From Carcharhinus amblyrhynchos (lineage: Eukaryota), in assembly GCA_965287045.1 (NCBI GenBank), contig OZ336874.1:46810001-46874000 (forward strand): a stretch of 64,000 bases of DNA. The letters run 5' to 3'. The notes under the pieces were generated by a model. It did no database searches and was not told the DNA's origin. It saw nothing but the letters and a program-made list of their open reading frames with translations. This document shows, in pieces, positions 26,700 through 39,762 of the stretch (position 1 is its first letter; each line of letters starts with the position of its first letter). Made by a program: the position numbers and the translations under genes.

Positions 26700-28390
26700 A
26701 CTTATTGCACTCTCTCCACTGTGCCAAAAGGTTGAGTCCAAGACTCACTCCGTGACTTGAATATGCAACCTAATTTGATACTTATAGTAGTAAAGGACTG
26801 TTGAAGGTCCTTTTGTGAGCGATGTAAAATCAAGAGTCTTCTGTTTATTCATGTAGATATATTAAAAAAACACAATGACGCTATTCAAAAAAAAATAGAA
26901 AGCTCTCTCAGTATCCCAGTCAAAACATAACCTGGGCTATGATGCAAGGTAGATTTGTTACTGGATTAGTAATCCCAAAGCCTGGATTAATGATCCAGAG
27001 ACTTGAATTCAAACCCAAGGAAACTAGGAAATATAACTTAAATTCATTAATTTAAATCGGGATTAAAATGCTAGCATCTTTAATGATGACCTATCTTATT
27101 TTACTAATGTCTTTAGAGTAAGAAAATCCTTATCTGACCTGGTATATGTATGACTCAAAGACTACCGCAATGTGGTTGACTCTTAACTACCCTCTGAAAT
27201 GGCCTCAAACCATTCAATTATATAAAAATAGTTCAGCACTAATGAAGGGGAGTTAGGGACAGACAATAAACGTTGGCCTTGCAAGTGATGTCCAAATCCA
27301 TTGAAAGGAAAACTGACTGGTCAGTTATCTAATTTACTATAAACAGGAGAACTTGCTATGTGCAAATTGGCCTTTGCATTTGCTATGTAACAATGTTTTG
27401 CTTTCTTTCAGAGGATACAGACATGGTTGGTTAGGCCACCATTTATTGCCCATCCCTAATTGCCTTTGAGAAGGTGATAGTGAGCTGCCTTCTTGAATTG
27501 CGGCAGTGCATAAGGTGTTGGTACATTCACAGTGCTGTTAGAAAGTGAATTCCAGGATTTTGACCCAGTGACAATGAAGGAACAGCAATTTAATTCCAAG
27601 TAAGGATGGTGCATGGCTTGGAGGGGACCCTGTAGGTGGCAGTGGTCATGCATCGACTGCTCTTGTCCTTCTAGAAGTAAAGGCATTTGTGCCTTGAAGG
27701 AAGCTTGACAAGTTTTTGCAGTGCATCTTGTACATGGTACACACTGCTGCCACTGTGCAGTGGTGCTGAAGGGAGTGAATATTAAAGGTGGCAAATGGGA
27801 TGCCAATCAAACAGGCTGCTCTGCCTTAATGCTGTTGAGCTTCTTCAATGCTGATGTTGCTAAGTTCATCCAGGCAAGTGGAGAGCATTCCACCACAGTC
27901 CTGACTTGTGCCTTGTAGATGGTGAACAGGCAAATCAGAAGATGACTTATTCATCACAGAATTCCCTGCCTCTAACCTGTTCTGGCAACCACAGTATTTT
28001 TTTCCTGGTCCAGTTCAGTTGGTGGCCAATGGTAACCCAAGGGAACTGGTCCAGTTCAGTTGGTGGCCAATGCTAACCCAAGGGATCACCAATGATGATG
28101 CCATTGAATGTCAAGGGGAGGTGGTCAAATTCACTCCTGTTTCCTGGCACTTCTGTGGTGCACATAGTGACTACAGTTGAAGTTCTCCCATTTCACCCAC
28201 CATGAGAATCATAGCGGGCTAGACAGGAAATTCAGCAGATCATTTAAAGGTCCATTAAGCTCGGGCAGGAATTTCCTGTCTTGGGTGCGCGCAGTTGGAG
28301 AATCCTGCCCTACATTTAAAACAAAAAATAATTGACTGGGAAGTGTTTCAGATTGCCCTAAAGACATGCAAGACACAATGAAGTTAAATT
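26700..28390 (+). mobile_element. Nested cluster: Deu-SINE split by a tRNA-SINE, a CR1-type LINE 3' end (minus) and a MITE
   Basis: Deu-SINE pieces at ~26700-26930, 27310-27395 and 28310-28390. SINE at ~26935-27305. LINE 3' at 27410-28160 (QFKKAAHYHLLKGN). MITE at 28175-28290. Confidence 0.65.
28005..28085. repeat. ~41-bp tandem duplication inside a LINE
   Basis: ctggtccagttcagttggtggccaatg(g/c)taacccaaggga occurs twice. Confidence 0.9.
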
Positions 28391-29137
28391 TTCAAATGGG
28401 CTCTCCCAATCGTCTACCGTAACTTTGGCAGATATATCCAACAGCTTAAACACTGGGTTTGTACCAATTTTGCAGCATTTCAAGGGATCTACTGCCAAAG
28501 GAAAAGCAGCCAATCAAGCAAAAACCCCTGTGCGTTTTCTGCACCCTCTCCCCTTCAAACCCCTAGCCATTTTTACATACTCGTGATGTCATTTTGCTGG
28601 AAGTGTAGTGGAAACAGATTTAAATGCAAGATTGTTTCCACTGCACTTCTAGTTAAGTAACACCCGTGAACAGGAACAGCCTGGAGGAATTTCCCAGCTA
28701 TTGCCTAATATGTGGTTTGATACTAATTATTATGCATTAGATTTGAACCTACTTCTACAAGGTTTTTCCGATAGCCTCATGCTGTGACACAAAGCCACAC
28801 AGGCCAGATGGTCCCACGGTTGATTTCAGAGCTGGAAAGTCATGACAAACCAAATCTCCCCATCACTATTTTCTCAGAGCAATAAATCCAACATCACCCA
28901 CATCCTGAAAGCAAAGTTAAAAAACTACTTCTTTGAGCTTTGAGCACTTGGATATTTACAAAAGTTATGGAAACTTCTCAGTAAAATTCAATTTTTGACA
29001 TACAACAGAAGGAAGGTGAGTCTTAGTGGTATAAGAAAAAAAATACTGTGACATGTTTTCAAGCTAAGTTACCAGGCTGATCTTTCTGTTCTTAGCTTCC
29101 TACTCTGTTCTACCTACTTCTTTGGGCTATTTGGGTA

Positions 29138-29464
29138 CAGTCGAGTATCCTGTATCTGAAACCCTTAGGGTTAACTGCATTTCAGATAATTTTGGTTTTC
29201 AGATATCGCATATAAACTTACATTACAATAGCTTAAGTCTAGGCTAGTTATTGTCTAAAGTAAATAACATTTTTAAAAAAGCAACTTGTATCACCGAATA
29301 ATGAAACACAGGATACCTCTAATAAGTTTCTTTCACATATTCACCATAAAAATCACAAGGTAAATACAGCAGGCTTGCTGCTCTGAAGACTGATGAGGTT
29401 CAAAGAAAGTAGAGTTTTTGAGTGTGTTTGGGTTTCAGATTTATGGATAAAGATACTCGACCTG
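29138..29464. mobile_element. Tigger/pogo-type MITE (MER46/Tigger4-like ends)
   Basis: TIRs cagtcgagtatc...gatactcgacctg, with TA on both sides (29136-37 and 29465-66). Confidence 0.75.
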
Positions 29465-30469
29465 TATTTATAAGAGTTATAAGAACACCCCAGTAAAATC
29501 CAATTTTGACACAACATTGAACACAAAGAGGATATGTCTGAATTCTATAAGAAAAAATATTAATGAGTGTCATACTTTCAGGCTAGGTTGTTATCCTCAA
29601 TTTAAAAGCCTTTGTGTGCATGAGGGATTATTGATACAACAGGCTGTAAAAGTTTTTCATACGTTTTAATAATTTAATAATTTAGTATCTTTAATTGTAT
29701 GCCAATAATGTGTGACTATTGTTATGCTCAAGAATTAGGTATTGAACAAATTTCACCTATGGAACAAGTACATCAAATAACTTTAAAAACATTAAGAGGA
29801 GTGGGACATCAATGGGGCCAGATAAAGTAATTGTACATGCTCAACAACCTCTTCAGGATAAAATACTGCTACTTCTCACTTATTCCCTGGATTTAATTTT
29901 TATTTTGCATAAATGCTGAATAAAATTTAAGAAAATTGAAAAGAAAGTGAAGACCTCCTCATCTAAGCATATACCATAAGTTCTCTTGCACTCCACAAAC
30001 TGGAATACTCCACCTCACATGACTTTAATATAGGCGTCCAACTCTTTCATTTCACCCTCTCACTTTGTTCAGTGATACTGACAAATTATCACCAAGTCAA
30101 TAGGTTATTTTGTGGCTTTGTGCCCAGTTGGAACCTAAATGAGACTTTCCAACATACTTGAGATTCTCAGTGTTCAGAGAGAACAGACACTTTCATCCCA
30201 TTTGCTGAACCAGATCAACTGCTGAATGCCAATGTGAAATAAAAGTACTTTATGTAGCTTACATCAATTTTAGTTACTTCAAAGTGTTTTTTTAAATGTA
30301 AAGTTTTGCTTATTTGAAGACCATATATTATTTGAAATAGCAGTCCAAACCTATCAACAATGCTAATTACAAGGAAATCTATCTCCCCACACTAACCAGT
30401 TATTTATGCTAGGGTTCAGAAAACTCCATCTGTAATAATTACAGGCTAAAAGTGTTAAAAAGTTTTTCT

Positions 30470-31270
30470 AATTCATTCATTCATGGGATGCAGGTGTCAG
30501 TGGCTATGCCAGCATTCATTGCCTATCCATAATCGCTCTCAAGATGCTGGTGGTGAGCTACCATTTTGTACAAAGGAAACCATGTGTACACCCACAGTAC
30601 TTTTAGGAGGGGAATTCCAGGATTAAGACTCAGCAACAGTGAAGGAACAGCGAGACAGTTCCAAGTCAAGATGGTGTGTGGCTTAGAAGTGCTGAATGGT
30701 GAAGGTCACGGATTTGGAAGGTGCTGTCAAAAGATCCTCAGTAAATTGCTGCAGTGCATCTTGTAGGTGGTACACACTGCTGCCACTGTGCGTCAGTTGT
30801 GGAAGGTGTAAATATTTAAGGTGGTGGATGGGCTGCCAATTACATAGACTACTTTGCCATCAATTGTGATAAGCTTCTTGAATGTTGATGGAGCTGCACT
30901 TATCCAGGCAACTGGCAAGTATGCCATCACATTCCTGACCTGGGGCAGTAATTAACTGGGTTAGATTTATCCTGCTTTTTGACAGGACATACTTGGGCAA
31001 TTTTCCACATGGCCGGGTAAATATCAGTGTTGTAACTGTAATGGAACATCTTGCTTAGGGGCGTGGCTATTTTTGGAGCACATATCTTAACTATTATTGC
31101 CAGAATGTTGTTAGGGCCCTTAGCTTTTGCATTATCTCATACATTTAGATGTTTCTTGGTATCACGTGGAGTGAATTCCATTGGCTGAAGACTGACATTT
31201 GTGTTGCTAGGGACCTCAGGAGAAAGCAATGATGGATCATCCACTTGGCACTACTGGCTGAAGTTGGTTG
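30470..31270 (-). mobile_element. CR1-type LINE 3' fragment, same family as 27410-28160
   Basis: Shares gcagtgcatcttgta..tggtacacactgctgccactgtgc with the 27410-28160 copy and has the same tail. Confidence 0.8.
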
Positions 31271-31451
31271 GAACTTACTCTGAGTCCACAACTTCAGGAA
31301 AGGGGAATTTTCACAATAACTTCATTGCAGTGTTAATGTAAGCCAACTTGTAACACTAATAAATAAACTTTAAATGGACAGGCTTATTTCTGCTCTACCT
31401 ATCTTCCCTATTCCTTCCCTCCACAACCATTGTTCACTCATCCTTTTTCTC

Positions 31452-33760
31452 TGTTAATACTGCTTACAGCAGTGTGTAAAGATTGGCTTTAGTTCCATCC
31501 TTCACCATGTGGCTTTTTGGAACAGAATATGGTTGCAGAGGATGACTGCCTAAAGGTGATGGTTGGAAATTAAGAAACAAAAACAGGTAGAAAACTAAAA
31601 TATGGCCATTGTGGAAAATGGCAGAAAGCATGTGTAAATTACAAGGGTACGATTACCCTCTGATAATCCCAGATTCTGAATCATATGAATAATGGAAGAC
31701 TGAAATGAATATGTGGACAACGGCTACATCAATATCCAAGAGAAAGTAAAGTATGACCTTGCTGTTGTTACTTCCTCAAATTAGTAAAATCAGAAATAAA
31801 GTTACCTGTGAGATGAATTTCCATCAGTTGGATATTAATGAAGATGTAGACTTATCCAACAGAGTGCTTAGATAAAATTCACAAGAAACTTGATCTGTTA
31901 AATGTCTGTGAGGCATTTTATTGACAGATTTAGGAAAACACATAATAAATTCACAGAAAAATGCATCATGGAATTTGACAGATTTTATTTAAAAATTGAT
32001 AAAATTCAATTAGGAGATGGCTGGCTCACTACTAGTATTTAAATTACTGGATTATGCTAAGATGTCTCAAATGGAAAGGCAATTGGGTCGAATTGGTGTT
32101 GTATTCTCAGAAAAAAAGAGACCCTGTTGTTTCATATGTCTGCTGCCTTAAAAAAAACACTCTTAGGGAAATTGTCATTTTCTTCAAACTTCATGGAACA
32201 AGTGAGACATCCGACAACGACAGAGATTCAATAATTCCTAGATTGTGAAACAGTCAGATACCAGATGCAGGTATCAATCCAGCAGAAGGATTAAAGACAA
32301 ACAGAACGCGGATGAAAGCATCTTTAACAGATTTGACTATTACCCAGGACAAGATTGAAACAAATTAATTGGGCAAATCAAGTTACGAAATGCCCAAAAA
32401 GACTTAATAAGTGCTTCAGGTTGATTCTAAGTATCATTACACAGTGAACTCTAAAGCAAAGGGGGAAGGGTCCTAAACTGGCACATTATAAAGAAAATTC
32501 TGAGGGACAGAAGGGAGAGGATGAAGGTAATGATGAATTCAAACAAATTATATTGGTTATAATGAGTTTGAGCCCTGCAAGTACTTCTTTAACAGTGTTG
32601 TGCTTGATAGTACTTGGACTTCAACAATATGTGGGGCGTATTAGTTAAAATGTTACCTTGAGAATTGACACAAGGTTGAGCAATACTACTTTCTTTAGGT
32701 TTGGTGATGACAATACATCGGGGGGTCACGAACAAGAGTTGTAATTCCACAACTCTTTGGGATTCTACGAACTCATTCACCCCATCACTGCTGCCAGCGA
32801 GAATAGAGAATTTAGCGCTCAGCCAAAATTCCATTCACTGCAGTGGGGCCGGAGAATCCCAGCCGCAGGCAAGGTCAAAGAATTCCGGCCAATATCTGGA
32901 GTAAATTATTTTATAAGTACTGATGTTGCCTCCAGTGAGATAACTCTGCCTCTGTGAAACAGTTACAAGTGAAACTTGACATAGGTCATGAAAAGGCAGT
33001 TATTTCTGGAAAGTCAGTTCATCTACAGTTTACCTAGTCTGGATATTATTATATCTTCATAACAAAAGCTGATGTCTCTTATCAGATTCTTAGATAAATA
33101 CTAAAAGGTACAAAGTGATAAGGCTCAATCAGAAAAATAACTAATTGTCTTAAATTAACAGAAACAACTTGCCTATACTACTGGTCAAAGGTTAATAATC
33201 TTGCTGAAAGATGTAGGTGTAGTTGATGATAAGCATACAAGGAAAATAAAAGAGATCAGTGAGAATTGTGATATCTGTAAAAAGTATCAAAGAATATAGT
33301 TGCCATGGATTTAAAGCTATGGGACAAAGACAGAAATATTTATCTCCCCCAAATCTTACAGATCTGGTGACCTGATTTAGTTTTTCTACAATATATAGCA
33401 AAGATGGAAGAGTTATCGTCGATAAAAATCATGAAGAAATTCATATAACCAATCTTGAATACTTGGGTGAGGAGTATTCCAAAAAGAGTCTTGTGAATAG
33501 AGGAATGAGAGAATGGTGGAACATACAGAAAAGGTTACCGGCAAGTTTAAATATTGGTTAATTTTTTTATGGCTAAGAAGCAGGGTCTATGCACTGGAAG
33601 AATGGGCTAAAGGCTGTTGTTTGAATAGACGAAACAATGGAATAAAGGCTGCAGTACAGTCTAAGAACAGAAATAGAAGCAGGTGTCCCCATGACTATGA
33701 AGTTTTGGTGGTTGCCAATACATTTGAAGATAAACTAATAAAATAAACAAAACAAAGCAA
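31452..33760 (+). mobile_element. Ty1/copia LTR retrotransposon (GalEa-like), 5' part: U5, PBS, gag, protease, integrase
   Basis: PBS tggttgcagaggatg at 31530-31544 (tRNA-iMet complement). gag-like SYE*WKTEMNMW; knuckle KCFR..SKYH; protease VVLDSTWTSTICG at ~32597-32637; integrase VAMDLKLWD at ~33299. Confidence 0.8.
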
Positions 33761-33764
33761 TTGG

Positions 33765-33902
33765 ATAAAAGCAAAAATACTTTGGATGCTGAAAATTTGA
33801 AGTAAAAACAGAAAATGCTGGAAAGACTCAGCAGGTCTGGCTGTGTTTGTGCAGAAAGAAATTGAGTTAACATTTTGAGTCTGCATGACTTCTTCAGAGC
33901 TT
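33765..33902 (-). mobile_element. Penelope-like pLTR fragment
   Basis: Reverse complement reads ctgaagaagtcatgcagactcaaaatgttaac...acctgctgagtctttccagcattttctg. Confidence 0.7.
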
Positions 33903-34199
33903 GGTTTCTATTCTGTGGTCTGAGGTAAGGGTCAAGCAGCTTTATTGCCTCAGTGGATTTGTGGTGAAAGTGTCCTTGCAGGTGGGATGGATAGAGTTAA
34001 AGGAAGGTAGGTGCTTGGGGGTTTGATGAGCAATTGAGTGAAACAGATTCAAAGGTGTACTCTCCCATATTCATAGGAGTGTAGATCAATCAACATAAAA
34101 GCCACATTTCTGCATTGTGATACTTTTCAGAGAGAAGAGTACCTGATAACTATGATAAGATGGAGCAGACACACATGGAAAACTGCAGAAACCAAATAA

Positions 34200-35812
34200 A
34201 TATATCTATTGCTTGAGAAATATCTCCAGGATAATAGATCATAAAATCATGAGAAATAGGAACAAGGTTAGGCAATTTTTAAGGAAATTTCAGAGACGTG
34301 TAAGAATTATGGAGTAGTAATAATGGGGAACATTAATTATTCAAATACAGACTGGGATACTAGTAACGTAAAGGTCAGAAAAGTGCAAGTTATAGGAGTG
34401 TGTTCAGGAAATTTTCTTATATCAATATAATTCTAGTCCAACAAAGGAGGCACTGCTAAAAATCTGGCTCTTGGTAATGAGGTAAGTCAAGTGTATCAAG
34501 TGTCAGTTGGAGAAAATTTCGGGGACCATAATTGTATCATCAGGTTGTGGATGGCTATGCAAAAGGACAAAGAGCAATCCAGATTACAAATAATTAAAAA
34601 CAGGAAAAACAAACATCAATGTAGTAAGAATAGATCTCAGCCAGATAAATTGTTGGCAAGAAGAACAGTATCTGAACAATAAGATACATTCAAAGAGATA
34701 GTTCAGGTGCAGACAAGGTATATTCCAATGAAAGGGGCAAGATGATGAAAGAGAGATTAAGAGTAAGAATAAAAAGTGTGCTTATGCCAGATGCCAAGAT
34801 GGTAATAGAACAGACAATCAGGCTGAATATAGAAGATTCAGAGGGAAGTGAAAAAACAAATAAGAGAAGTAAAAAAAGTATGAAAAGACTGAAAGCTAAC
34901 TTTAAGGGAATGCCAAAGTCTTCTATAAGTTTAAAATAGTACGGCTGATTTGGGGCCTAAAAGAGGACTCACAGATGGATGCGGGGGCATAGCTAATGTA
35001 TTAAATCAATACTTTCCATCTATCTTTACCAATGAAGAAGATGCAACTTGAACTATGAAATAGGAGGTAATTAACAAATTTGAAGGGTTTAAAACGGATA
35101 AGGAGATGATACAGAATAGGCTGTTGTACATAAAGTTGATAAAGCTCCAGGACTGAATGAGATGCATTCAAGAATTGAGAGAGAAATGAAAGTAGAAGTT
35201 GCAGAGGCACTGCCATAATTTGCCAGTCTTAGACTTAGACACAGCTGGTGCCAAATGTCACACCATTGTTCAGAAAAGGGTGTAAAGATAAGCCCAGCAG
35301 AGTGGTGGGGAAACTTCTAGGAACAAAAATCTGGGACAAAATTAACAGCCACATGTAAAATTATGGAAAGCCAGCATGGATTTCTTAGGTGAAAATTGTG
35401 TTTAACAACTTGCTGGAGGTAATAGAGAGGATTGATGAGGATAATGCTGTTCATATGATGTACGAGAACTTCCAAAATTCATTTAGTAGCAAAGTTTTGG
35501 TTAAAGAATAAAAGGGACAGTAGAAACATGGATATAAAATTGGCAATGGATAGGAAACAAAGAATAGTGCTTAATGAATTTTTATAGACCAGAGCAAGTT
35601 TTGCAATGAAGATCTCCAGGGTCAAGTTGCATCTTCTTCATTGGTAAAGATAGGTGGAAAGTATTGATTGGAATTTCTGATCTTCCTGGTGTATACTAAT
35701 GTTCTAAAACTAGATGAATAGGGCATAATTTCAAAAATCTGCTGGTGATATGAAGTTTGGAAGCATTGTGAACTTTTAAGATGATAGTGTAGAAATTCAA
35801 AAGGACTTTAGG
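34200..35812 (+). mobile_element. CR1 LINE (APE-RT), decayed
   Basis: VIMG..NY..IDW, LG.DH, DKAPG, SQHGFL, and a QGS-type region. Confidence 0.8.
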
Positions 35813-36940
35813 AATTAATTCTCTAAACTCCAATGAATATAGACCCAAACTTTTCTCTTAAAACAACCCTTGCATCCCAGGAAAAAGCCTAGTGAACCTT
35901 CACTGAACTGCTTCAGTAATCTCTCCCTAAGTACTGAGACCAAAACTATATACTGTATTGCAGGCATGGTCTTGCCAGTTTCCTGTATAGCTGTCAAAAT
36001 ACATTGCTACATTTATACTTAATCTTCATTGCAATAAAGACCAGCATTCCATTCATCTATCTAATTACTCACTGCATCTGCATGTTTACCTTTTGTGATA
36101 CATGTATGATAGCACCCGGATCCTTCCACACTGCAACATTCTGCAGTCTTTCTATATTTAAATAATATTCTGCTTTTTTATTCTTTGTACCAAAGTGGAC
36201 AACCTCACATTTCCCTAAATAATGCTCCATCTGCTAATTATTAGCCCCTCTATGTCCCTTTGCAAACGGTTTCACAACTTGCTTTCCTATCTATCTTTAG
36301 ATTATCAGCAAATCTGGCTATAGTACAGTTGGTTCCTCCATCAAATTCATTAACACAGGTGCTTCACTAATTAGTTTTCCAACCTGAAAAAGACACATTT
36401 ATCCCAACTCTATTTCCAATCCTCAATTCATGCTAATATAGTATCCCCAACAGCATGAACTCTTACCTTTTGCAGTAATCTTTCACATGTCACTTCATTA
36501 AATGCATTTTAGAAACCCAAATATACAGCATCTACTGGCTCCCCTTGATCCACCCTGCTTGTTACCTCCTCAAAGAACTATTATAAATCTGTCAAACATG
36601 ATTTCCCTTACACAAAATTATGTAGACTCTGCCTGATTGTATTATGATTTTCTAAATGTCCTACATCTACTTCTTTGTTAATGGTTTCTAGCTTTTCCCA
36701 ATGACAGATGTTAGGCTAACTGGCCTCTTTTTTTTAATTTTATTTCCCTGCTTTCTTTAACAGTGGTGTTATATTTGTTTTTTTTCCAATCTGCTATGGC
36801 TTTTCCAGAATCTGGGGAATGTTGGAAGATTACAATTAACACATTCACTATCTCTGCAGCCACTTCATTTAAAACCTTAGGATGCAGGCCATCAGTTCCA
36901 GGGAATTTTGCATTCTTTACTACCATTTGTTTTTCTATAA
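35813..36940 (-). mobile_element. CR1 LINE RT fragment
   Basis: PGTDGLHPKVLNEVAAEIV and FADNLK on the minus strand. Confidence 0.85.
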
Positions 36941-36944
36941 GCTT

Positions 36945-37325
36945 TTTTTAAATTCATTCATGGGACATGGGCATCACTGGCTGGCCAGCATTTATTGCCC
37001 ATCTCTAATTGCCCATCTCTAATTGCCCTTACTCAGAAGGCAGTTGACAGTCAACCACATTGCTGTGGCTCTGGAGTCACATGTAGGCCAGTCCAGGTAA
37101 GGGCGGCAATTTCCTTCCCATAAGAACATTAGTGAACCAGATGGGTTTTTGTGACAATCGACAATGGTTTCATAGTCATTGATAGATTCTTAATTCCAAA
37201 TATTTTTTATTGAATTCAAATTCCATCATCTGCCATGGCAGGATTCAAACCTGGGCCCCCAGGACATAAGCTGAGTTTCTGGATGAATAGTCTAGTGATG
37301 ATACCACAAAGCCATCAACTCCCCT
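36945..37325 (-). mobile_element. tRNA-headed shark SINE sharing its 3' tail with the 27410/30470 LINE family
   Basis: Minus-strand head gtggtatcatcactagact...caggtttgaatcctgccatggcag and tail gggcaataaatgctggcc...cccatgaatgaat. Confidence 0.75.
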
Positions 37326-37329
37326 TTTG

Positions 37330-38320
37330 GTCCCATTACTTTTCTATTTTTCAGTGAGACCTGTCCTACTCAAAATAGATTGTGTTCAACTAAAAGCTGA
37401 TGCCACATAACTTTACTGGTACCATGAAGGAAAAGTTCTTGATGCATGTTGATGATGTCTTGTAGGACGCTAGTGTAAGATTTGAGTTATACGCTAGTAA
37501 TAAGGCTAGAATAGCATTTAAAATTGGGAGCCAAACTTGTGGTGCCTTAGTTTAGACATTAAATCAAAAATCATATTTAGACAGCATTACTCCAATCCTT
37601 GTTAATAATTCTAGGGCTTCCCAGAAAAATGTTATATTTAAAGAGGCAGAGCAATTGTGATGCTTGATTGATCAATTGAATTGATTGTGCACTCAACTAG
37701 ACCAGCTGCTAGTTTGACATGTTGGAGTTAATTTCTATAATGGGGCACCCTTGAATCAGAAATATTTAAAGGCAAATAAGAAAATGAATTTAAGAAAATG
37801 AATTTAGGAAAATTAGATCTGGATAAATGCATACTTATGTTCCTATCCTTTCACTAAACCTAAAAAAGCATGAAGCTAGTCATTTTACCAATGCTTCATG
37901 AGGTAATATTCTTGATAAGTAGTCTAGTGCAGTTTGTTTCATAATGTTTCTGATAGGTAAGAACAAGACATGTCCTTGAACATGGGAATTTACAAACATT
38001 TTTAAAAATAGGTAATACTCTGGCTGCTGAAATATTTGGTTTTCTGGAAACTGCTGGATATGGATACTTGTCAAACATCTTAAGTACAGGGTGCAAACTG
38101 AAGGATTACATCCATTGAACGTAATGTAGATAATCATTGTGGGGTAATGTAAACTCTATGGAAAGTGTAAGAAACAGTTATGGATTGACCTTCCTAGCTT
38201 AAAACAAATGCTGGAAAGGAAATCTTTAAAATTAAATTGGTTGATGAGATGCAGCAACTGTAGGATTGTTTTACTAAAGAAAAGTACAAAGAAATTGTTC
38301 AGGAGGAAGGATGTTTCACA
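37330..38320 (+). mobile_element. Ty1/copia element, 3' part: RT and RNase H
   Basis: LYWYHEGK...MHVDD at 37442-37456; TRPAA; RNase H-like FTNAS, TLAAE and WIDLPSLKQMLE. The IN-before-RT order defines copia. Confidence 0.8.
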
Positions 38321-39679
38321 ACTATTCACTTGATTTATGTCTCACTCAGCTATAGTCTCTTGTTGGCCTGCCCCCTTCTCCCTATAAATGACATGGTCTA
38401 GCTTGCTCACTTTCACAGCCAGTGACCTGTTACGTCCCAGCTATTAATGTCATACTTCGTACAGGACATGGAAGTCTTTGAATCTGTTATTTGTATATTA
38501 GTTGTGTTTAATTGCATGCAGTTTGGGAGTATTAACTGGAGTTTTGCTTGTTCTCCTATAATTAAGGATAGACTGAAACTAGGCACGTTAAGTTAGGAGA
38601 TGCAAATTAGTAATGTGTATTTTTATTAAAAAAACTTATAAGAATGTGTAAAGGCTCTCTCCAGTTCTATGCTTCATCAATTTAGCTTTCTGGTTAGAAT
38701 AAACCATTCTATTAGATGATGCGTATTTAAATTACCATACCTACCTTTTACCTTGTGCTTTCCAAGCCCCATTGTCAATTTTAGAAATGGAACTCATTTC
38801 TTAGTCTTTAGTTGGCTGAAAACTTGATTCAAATGCTGTTTTTTCCATGAATTGATCCCTAAACAGTGAAATTTGATTTGACCATATCACTAAAATAATC
38901 AGGTCAAATCTATAATATTTGTCACCTGTCAATTTTGCATGCCCAAAATGTTATTCAATCAATGAATCCAGGAATAATGAATTGCCAATGTGTTATATCA
39001 TCAGCAATTTGCCAAGGATCATTACAAATTTATAACGGCTATGATCAGGGGCTTAATGTTTTGAATTTTAATCTCTTCTAGCTCCATCCAAGAACAGGAA
39101 AACATCTCTTCAATTGACAGGTCTAATAACAGAATCAGTAATAATGCAGATGGATTTTTTTTACTGAATTGTTGTCAAGCAGAGGGAAACAAGGTTGCAT
39201 TACAGCTACCACAAGACTACCTACCTATGCTAGTTCATATGCACTTCTATCTACCAGCATTCCAAATGCAAGCATACTTTGGCTAACCTAATTCCCAAAC
39301 TGACGTCTCAGCATCCTGGTACTCAAATTTCAGTTTGGGGTTCTGGTCTTCCCTTGATTCAATTTCATTTTGTTAATGACAGAGAAAATTTGTTTGTGGT
39401 GCCACAAACAATAATTTTCCATCTGCATCAGGAATGAAATGTAAGCTCTGTAGTGAAAATAATGGTTCAAACATTAAACTCTTATGATAACAAAGCTATT
39501 GTATGACATTTGTCACAACTCTTTTACATTTATTGTGTCCAGATGTTTTTCCCCGTATAAGCTGTGTATGATATTTTGTTTAAACATTGCCATATGTTCA
39601 AATATGACATTGCATCATATAATATCACATCCCATGGTATAAAATATAAAAGGACGTTGTTAGGAAGAACTGCACTTAC

Positions 39680-39762
39680 GGACAATGCACTGGTTTCCGC
39701 CAGGTAACGTTTTCCATCCCGGGCAGCAGTAAGAGTGAAATCGAGACCCACAGACATTTGGC
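39680..39762 (-). CDS. FBN2: Fibrillin coding exon 2 (N-terminal 4-Cys/FUN domain)
   Basis: 83 bp, cacag|G...C|gtaagt. Encodes [27 protein letters not shown], identical to FBN2 as I recall it. This frame is absent from the ORF track. Confidence 0.96.
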
